NCBI RefSeq assembly: GCF_006345805.1
Contig: NW_021829862.1
Location: forward strand, 1-5,867
Reading direction: 5' to 3'
From: Octopus sinensis
Taxonomy: Eukaryota
DNA length: 5,867 nucleotides
Shown: one piece after another, positions 1 to 5,867 of the stretch
How the letters are laid out: each line of letters starts with the position of its first letter
Numbering within the stretch: position 1 is the first letter of the stretch
Notes under the pieces: model-generated
Databases searched by the model: none
The model's input: only the letters and a program-made list of their open reading frames with translations
What the model was told of the DNA's origin: nothing
Position numbers and translations under genes: made by a program

Positions 1-26
1 GCCCATCTTTGCATGCGGATTTGGGT

Positions 27-640
27 TTGTGCGTGCGAGTGTATGTATGTGTGTGTGTGTATGCATGTGTGCACGTGTGTATATATGCCTAATTTTTTTT
101 TGTGAATCTATGTATATGTTACTTTTCCTGTGCACATATCACCAAGACAGTGTGTGTGTGTGTGTATGTTGCTCTTAAGTGTGTGTGTGTGTGAGCAAGT
201 GTGTGTATTTTCTTTGTGTTTGCGAACGTGTGTCTCTGCACGTGCGCAAGTTTTGTCTTTTGTTTGCGCATGTTTGCATGTATAACTCGATACATGTATG
301 CACATCCAATCGAAAACGTGTGTAGCAAGAGTACATGTCCACGTGCATACGTCGGAGTGTTTCTATGCGTATCTGTATGTATGTTAAATGAGCGTGTCTG
401 TACATTGTATTGTATGCACGTGTGTTTGCGTAAAAAAGCGTGTGGTTTTGTACGTCACACTGTACACGTTTGTGCGCGTGTGCATCTATAATTGCATCAG
501 CTTGTGCAGTTTGTGTGCATGCGTGTATATACCTGGCTATTTTATATATGGGAATAGATGTCATTATTTATGTATACATAGACGTAAATGCATAAATGGG
601 TGCATCTAGGGTTTTGTATTAGCGTGTGTTCCGTGTATGT
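27..640. repeat. Degenerate TG/CA-rich low-complexity region with short perfect (GT)n runs
   Basis: Near-continuous GTGT/ATGT/GCGT pattern. Perfect (GT)n at ~150-165 and ~179-192. ORFs here are V/C/H/T-biased repeat translations. Confidence 0.85.
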
Positions 641-714
641 GATTTTGAATTCATTTCAGCAGACGTGACCGAGTCTGTACTTAGTAATTTGTGACATATA
701 TTTTATAATTCCTC

Positions 715-743
715 ATCTATCTATCTATCTATCTCTCTATCTG

Positions 744-780
<37 letters not shown>

Positions 781-781
781 G

Positions 782-852
<71 letters not shown>

Positions 853-932
853 GTCTATCTATCTAACTATCTATCTACCTACCTATCTATCCAGCTATCT
901 ATCCATCTATCTATCTATCTATCTATATCTAT
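715..932. repeat. (CTAT)n / (ATAG)n tetranucleotide microsatellite
   Basis: Read directly: about 50 CTAT units with a few variants (CTGT, CTAC, CCAT). Confidence 0.98.
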
Positions 933-1055
933 ATGTATACATACACACAAACATACAATCATACATACATACAAACATACATACATATATACATACATAC
1001 ATACATACATACATACATACATACAAATATACGCATATACATATATATATATATA
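933..1055. repeat. Compound (ACAT)n then (AT)n microsatellite
   Basis: ACAT units at ~937-1024 and (AT)n at ~1041-1055. Confidence 0.95.
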
Positions 1056-1374
1056 GTTATACTTGGGATGGTAATATTTTGTCAATTAAGCACACTATAT
1101 GATCTCCGCAAACAAACTAGATTAAAATAAAATGAAATTTTATAAACAATAATGATAATAAAGTGAAGATCGAATAAATAGTATATGTGCTTAACTGGCA
1201 AAACATGAACATTCTTAAATTTAATTATGTTTCAATACACATCTTCACATCAAATATCTTGATGTGAAGAAAATACATAAATGATGTGAAAAATAATAGA
1301 CACACACACACACAACATAGAGTAATTTGAAAGTCTATAAGTCACTCTACGTCGTACTAACATTTGCTTTGCAC

Positions 1375-1401
1375 ATATATATATATATATATATACGTAA
1401 A

Positions 1402-1437
<36 letters not shown>

Positions 1438-1463
1438 TGTATGCATGTATGTATGTATGTATA
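1375..1463. repeat. Compound (AT)n then (GTAT)n microsatellite
   Basis: (AT)n at 1375-1395, CGTAAA, (AT)n to 1410, then GTAT units at 1411-1462. Confidence 0.95.
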
Positions 1464-1621
1464 TTTACGTTTTTGTATTCTTATTGGTGTCAACGTATTC
1501 TGTATTTTTGTTTGTGTACTTCGATCTGTTTTCCGTCCTTTCGTTGTAGACATTCGAAGCTTTCTTCCAGGGGATCTAATGCGCTTGGCTTAGATTTCCC
1601 TTGGCGGGCTGGCCACATCGG

Positions 1622-1687
1622 AGCAATCTCAAGATTAATCAGCCGAAATTGCTAAGATGATCTGGTTCTTGACTGATGACTGAGGCT
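1622..1687 (+). ncRNA. Candidate non-circularly permuted hammerhead ribozyme, copy 1 (predicted cleavage after C1628)
   Basis: AGCAAU(1622-27), C1628, UCAAGA(1629-34); GAAA(1645-48), UUGCU(1649-53); UCUUGA(1667-72), CUGAUGA(1673-79). Stem III is AGCAAU/AUUGCU and stem I is UCAAGA/UCUUGA, both in canonical register. Stem II is ambiguous: GGCU 1684-87/AGCC 1641-44, or CUGA 1680-83/UCAG 1639-42. Confidence 0.65.
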
Positions 1688-1773
1688 TCGAATGTCCCGT
1701 CCTGTGGTTCTTGTGTCGTCTCTGTGGTGTTTCATGTTCTTGTCCATGTCTGTAATTAATGTTACTGTTTACC

Positions 1774-1780
1774 TATATAA
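1774..1780 (+). promoter_or_regulatory. TATA-box-like TATATAA, one per unit (also 2656-2662, 3455-3461, 4250-4256; truncated at 5060-5065)
   Basis: Motif match only. No clear initiator seen downstream. Confidence 0.25.
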
Positions 1781-2504
1781 TCGGCGGCTACGTATCCACA
1801 ATTGTCCTTATACGATAAGTATATTTTTTTCTCAAGCTTCAAGCTTGATACGACTCTTAATCTGTCTCTTTTTCTCTCTCTCTCTCTCTTTCCTCTCTCT
1901 CCTTCTATTCCACTCCTCCCTTATTCCACTCCCTTTCTTTATCTCTTCGTCCACCTCCATCCGCTCCCCCATCTCCCCACTCCCCCCCCCCTTTCTACTT
2001 TCTCACCTCTATCTTCCTATAGCTCCCCTTCGATCTGTCCTCTCATCCCCTCTTCGTCAACCTCCCCTCGACTTCTCTTTCTTCTCCTCCCTCGTTCCAC
2101 CTTCTCTCTCCTCTTTCATCCCTTTCTCCGTCTTTTGTTCTCACGTGACACTAGCCGCTGTTGAGCGCTCTTTTTTTCGTTTTCAGCAGCCTCAGAAGCA
2201 ACACGATTTGTTCGTCTCCCCTCGTGGCCTTTAGGCACACACTTCACAAGCCAGCCCCATTCTCAAATCGTCCTGTCGAAAGACCCTTGTCCTACGTCCT
2301 GGTTTTGTTTTGTTGTTTATTTTTTATTTTTAACCGTTATTGTTTTTACGTTTTTGTATTCTTATTGGGTGTGTCACGTATTCTGTATTTTTGTTTGTGT
2401 ACTTCGATCTGTTTTCCGTCCTTTCGTTGTAGACATTCGAAGCTTTCTTCCAGGGGATCTAATGCGCTTGGCTTAGATTTCCCTTGGCGGGCTGGCCACA
2501 TCGG

Positions 2505-2569
2505 AGCAATCTCAAGATTAATCAGCCGAAATTGCTAAGATGATCTGTTCTTGACTGATGACTGAGGCT
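2505..2569 (+). ncRNA. Candidate permuted hammerhead ribozyme, copy 2 (predicted cleavage after C2511)
   Basis: Same core and stems as copy 1: GAAA 2528-31, CUGAUGA 2555-61. One G fewer in the stem III-to-stem I linker. Confidence 0.62.
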
Positions 2570-3298
2570 TCGAATGTCCCGTCCTGTGGTTCTTGTGTCG
2601 TCTCTGTGGTGTTTCATGTTCTTGTCCATGTCTGTAATTAATGTTACTGTTTACCTATATAATCGGAATCGGCGGCTACGTATCCACAATTGTCCTTATA
2701 CGATAAGTATATTTTTTTCTCAAGCTTTGATACGACTCTTAATCTGTCTCTTTTTCTCTCCTCTCTCTTCTCTCTCCCTTTATTCCACTCCCTTTCTTTT
2801 CCCTCTCCATCCGTCCCCCCCCCCTTTCTACGTTTCTCTATCTCTCTCACCTCCAGCCCCCTCGATCTGTTCTCTTTCTTCTCCTCCCTCGTCCACCTTC
2901 TCTCCCTTTTCATCTGTCCCTTTCTCTTGTCTTTCTTTTGTTCTCACGTGACAGCTAGCCGCTGTTGAGCGCTCTTTTCGTTTTCAGCAGCCTCAGAAGC
3001 AACACGGATTTGTGTCGCCCCGTGGCCTTTAGGCACAACTTCACAAGCCAGCCCCATTCTCAAATCGTCCTGTCGAAGACCCCTTGTCCTACGTCCTGTT
3101 TTGGTTTTGTTGTTTATTTTTTATTTTTACCGTTATTGTTTTTACGTTTTTTATTCTTATTGGTGTCACGTATTCTGTATTTTTGTTTGTGTACTTCGAT
3201 CTGTTTTCCGTCCTTTCGTTGTGGACATTCGAAGCTTTCTTCCAGGAGATCTAATTGCGCTTGGCTTAGATTTCCCTTGGCGGGCTGGCCACATCGCG

Positions 3299-3365
3299 AG
3301 CAATCTCAAGATTAATCAGCCGAAATTGCTAAGATGATCTGGTTCTTGACTGATGACTGAGGGCT
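3299..3365 (+). ncRNA. Candidate permuted hammerhead ribozyme, copy 3 (predicted cleavage after C3305)
   Basis: Same core and stems: GAAA 3322-25, CUGAUGA 3350-56. Followed by CUGA-GGG rather than CUGA-GG. Confidence 0.62.
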
Positions 3366-4095
3366 TCGAATGTCCCGTCCTGTGGTTCTTGTGTCGTCTC
3401 TGTGGTGGTGTTTCATGTTCTTGTCCATGTCTGTAATTAATGTTACTGTTTACCTATATAATCGGCGGCTACGTATCCACAATTGTCCTTATAACGATAA
3501 GTATATTTTTTTCTCAGCTTTGATACGACTCTTAATCTGTCTCTTTTTCTCTCTCTCTCTCCTCTCCTTTCCCTTATTCCACTTTCTTTTTCTCCCCTAT
3601 CTCCGTTCCCCCCCCTTTCTACGTTTCTATCTCTCTCTCCTCTCACCACCTCCAGCCCCCTCGACTTGTCTCTTTCTTTCTCTCCCTCGTCCACCTTCTC
3701 TCCCTTTTCATCTGTGTCCTTTTCTCCTGTCTTTTGTTCTCAGGGGACAGCTAGCCGCTGTTGAGCGCTCTTTTCGTTTTCAGCAGCCTCAGAAGCAACA
3801 CGGATTTGTTCGTCTCCCCGTGGCCTTTAGGCACAACTTCACAAGCCAGCCCCATTCTCAAATCGTCCTGTCGAAGACCCTTGTCCTACGTCCTGGTTTT
3901 TTTTTGTTGTTTATATTTTTTATTTTTACCGTTATTGTTTTTACTTTTTGTATTCTTATTGGTGTCACGTATTCTGTATTTTTGTTTGTGTACTTCGATC
4001 TGTTTTCCGTCCTTTCGTTGTAGACATTCGAAGCTTTCTTCCAGGGGATCTAATGCGCTTGGCTTAGATTTCCCTTGGCGGGCTGGCCACATCGG

Positions 4096-4162
4096 AGCAA
4101 TCTCAAGATTAATCAGCCGAAATTGCTAAGATGATCTGGTTCTTGACTGATGACTGAGGGCT
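4096..4162 (+). ncRNA. Candidate permuted hammerhead ribozyme, copy 4 (predicted cleavage after C4102)
   Basis: Same core and stems: GAAA 4119-22, CUGAUGA 4147-53. Confidence 0.62.
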
Positions 4163-4906
4163 TCGAATGTCCCGTCCTGTGGTTCTTGTGTCGTCTCTCT
4201 GTGGGTTTCATGTTCTTGTCCATGTCTGTAATTAATGTTACTGTTTACCTATATAATCGGCGGCTACGTATCCACAATTGTCCTTATACGATAAGTATAT
4301 TTTTTTCTCAAGCTTTGATACGACTCTTAATCTGTCTCTTTTTCTCTCTCTCTCTCCTCCTCCCTTATTCCACTCCCTTCTTTCCCTCTCCATCCCGTCC
4401 CCTCCATCCGTCCCCCCCCCCTTCTTCTACGTTTCTCTATCTCTCTCACCTCCAGCCCCCTCGATCTGTCTCTTTCTTCTCCTCCCTCGTCCACCTTCTC
4501 TCCCTTTCTCCCTTTTCATCTGTCCCTTTCTCCTGTCTTTTGTTCTCACGTGACAGCTAGCCGCTGTGTGAGCGCTCTTTTCGTTTTCAGCAGCCTCAGA
4601 AGCAACACGGATTTGTTCGTCTCCCCGTGGCCTTTAGGCACAACTTTCACACAAGCAGCCCCATTCTCAAATCGTCCTGTCGAAAGACCCTTGTCCTACG
4701 TCCTGGTTTTGTTTGTTGTTTATTTTTTATTTTTACCGTTATTGTTTTTACGTTTTTGTTTCTTATTGGTGTCACGTATTCTGTATTTTTGTTTGTGTAC
4801 TTCGATCTGTTTTCCGTCCTTTCGTTGTTGTAGACATTCGAAGCTTTCTTCCAGGGGATCTAATGCGCTTGGCTTAGATTTCCCTTGCGGGGGCTGGCCA
4901 CATCGG

Positions 4907-4973
4907 AGCAATCTCAAGATTAATCAGCCGAAATTGCTAAGATGATCTGGTTCTTGACTGATGACTGAGGGCT
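4907..4973 (+). ncRNA. Candidate permuted hammerhead ribozyme, copy 5 (predicted cleavage after C4913)
   Basis: Same core and stems: GAAA 4930-33, CUGAUGA 4958-64. Confidence 0.62.
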
Positions 4974-5059
4974 TCGAATGTCCCGTCCTGTGGTTCTTGT
5001 GTCGTCTCTGTGGTGTTTCATGTTCTTGTCCATGTCTGTAATTAATGTTACTGTTTACC

Positions 5060-5091
<32 letters not shown>

Positions 5092-5105
5092 TACGTAAAC
5101 ATATA
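5060..5105. repeat. (AT)n tract joining the array to the 18S fragment
   Basis: Perfect (AT)n at 5060-5085, then CATATATACGTAAACATATA. Confidence 0.95.
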
Positions 5106-5109
5106 ATTC

Positions 5110-5559
5110 ATCCTGCCAGTAGTCATATGCTTGTCTCAAAGCTTAAGCCATGCAAGTATAAGTTTATGCCGTAAACGAATGGTGAAACCGGGAATGGCTC
5201 AGGAACCGGACCTAATCCTCGGAATCGAATTCTTCCACCGCGAGGAGAGTGGATAACTGTGGCAATTCTGGAGCTAATACATGCAACCGAAGCCGCGATC
5301 ACAAATCGCGCCCGGGCGTCAGGCCGAAATACGGCGTTCGGCAGACGCCGCTCGCTGCCGGCGCCCGCTCGGCCGATCCAGGGCGGTGCACTCGCGCTGC
5401 CCCCCTCCCCTATCTCGACCGCGACGATACGGTCGGCCTTCCGCATCGGTCGCGGCACAATTATTAGACTGAGACCAACGCGTACGGGCCGTCGTAACAG
5501 CGCGCGGATCTAGGCGTGCGGCGTCTTCACGCCCTTCGATTTTGGTGACTCTGGATAAC
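5110..5559 (+). pseudogene. 18S rRNA: Truncated 5' fragment of a divergent 18S (SSU) rRNA gene (orphan or pseudogene)
   Basis: Starts ATCCTGCCAGTAGTCATATGCTTGTCTCAAAG (about nt 11 of mature 18S). Contains GGATAACTGTGGCAATTCTGGAGCTAATACATGC (5251-5284) and TTATTAGA (5461-68). Ends at TTGGTGACTCTGGATAAC (5559), then AT-rich DNA. Changes at normally conserved sites: AAAGcTTAAG for AAAGATTAAG, AAACCGgGAATGG for AAACCGCGAATGG. Confidence 0.92.
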
Positions 5560-5730
5560 ATATATCACATATATACATATATAACACGTATTTGTGTGTA
5601 ATATAAATATTATATATAATATATATATAATATATATATATATATAATAAATTAATAAACAAATAAACATATGCATATATACACATATATGTACGTACCT
5701 ACCTCTACATGTATATATACATGCATATAT
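5560..5730. repeat. AT-rich low-complexity region, degenerate (AT)n/(ATAC)n
   Basis: Read directly from the sequence. Confidence 0.9.
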
Positions 5731-5867
5731 GGGTACAGGAGAGCAAAAAAAAAAAACGTCGAACACAATGAGAAACGAAAACATAAACACAAAACCAAGG
5801 AAATCGACATTTTTTTTAAAACAACGAAAAAATAGAGTACAGGACAAATAACACAAGGAAAATTCCC

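Larger units (their letters stand above)
1464..5065 (+). repeat. Tandem array of about 4.4 head-to-tail copies of a ~800-bp unit (ribozyme-bearing, retrozyme-like candidate)
   Basis: Anchor GCTAAGATGATC recurs at 1651, 2534, 3328, 4125 and 4936 (periods 883, 794, 797, 811). Each unit has a T-rich segment, a conserved structured block, a TATATAA block, a variable CT-rich tract and a second conserved block. Both ends are partial units abutting microsatellites. Confidence 0.97.

Noticed and set aside
27-640. Z-DNA-forming regulatory element
   Set aside because: Alternating purine-pyrimidine content is a trivial property of degenerate (GT)n DNA, and nothing here indicates function.
1573-1621. 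Second hammerhead on the - strand (GAA-AUCUAA/UUAGAU-C with upstream CCGAUGU or CUGAUUA), which would imply a viroid-like two-polarity RNA
   Set aside because: Stem III and the triplet fit, but there is no valid CUGANGA and no stem I partner for CCCUGG. It is explained as the complement of a + strand hairpin.
1651-1684. Resemblance to U2 snRNA (GCTAAGAT...ATCTGTTCTT), U3 box C, or C/D snoRNA boxes (TGATGA, CTGA)
   Set aside because: The U2 branch-point pairing sequence and flanks are absent, and box order and spacing do not fit U3 or C/D snoRNAs. CUGAUGA is better explained by the hammerhead stems in register.
1466-1747. Minus-strand mini-gene: TATA, ATG, 31 aa, UAG-CAA-UUU (readthrough-like), ~60 aa, AATAAA
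   Set aside because: The frame holds only in copy 1 (96 nt from ATG to stop, versus 95 in copy 2 and 97 in copy 5). The context is not the CARYYA readthrough consensus, and it is simply the complement of ribozyme stem III.
1640-1800. Spliced-leader RNA gene on the - strand (AG|GTAAACA donor)
   Set aside because: There is no convincing Sm site at the expected distance and no leader hairpin; only a 9-nt match.
1464-5065. 5S rRNA, tRNA, histone or CRISPR tandem array
   Set aside because: No 5S or tRNA internal promoter boxes or folds, no histone ORF, and no short repeat-spacer periodicity.
5110-5559. Functional rDNA unit
   Set aside because: The 18S stops after ~450 nt, has no recognisable ETS, ITS or 5.8S context, and carries changes at normally conserved positions.
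108-5856. All ORFs in the six-frame track
   Set aside because: They are translations of microsatellites, CT tracts or rRNA. Frames break differently between repeat copies, and no protein motif is recognisable.
5735-5867. A-rich tail region as an inverted piece of the array unit
   Set aside because: Similar in composition only; I could not align it to the unit, and it is cut by the window edge.

Overview
Eukaryotic, microsatellite-rich, non-coding DNA, probably from an invertebrate animal (inference). No credible protein-coding gene: all listed ORFs come from simple repeats, the tandem array or rRNA. Layout: degenerate TG/CA low-complexity DNA (~27-640); (CTAT)n, (ACAT)n and (AT)n tracts (715-1055); an AT-rich spacer with small inverted repeats; (AT)n/(GTAT)n (1375-1463); about 4.4 head-to-tail copies of a ~800-bp unit (1464-5065); an (AT)n tract; a truncated, divergent 5' fragment of 18S rRNA (~5110-5559); and more AT-rich DNA. 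Main observation: on the + strand, each unit carries the hammerhead ribozyme core motifs (CUGAUGA, GAAA, AUC cleavage triplet) with perfect 6-bp stems I and III in exact register. Their order is not any circular permutation (types I/II/III), so this is a candidate rearranged, pseudoknotted hammerhead. Stem II is non-canonical, so activity is untested and uncertain. The array may be a retrozyme-like or Penelope-mobilised element inserted at an (AT)n tract next to a possible 18S retrocopy (hypothesis). Assembly joins at microsatellites cannot be excluded.
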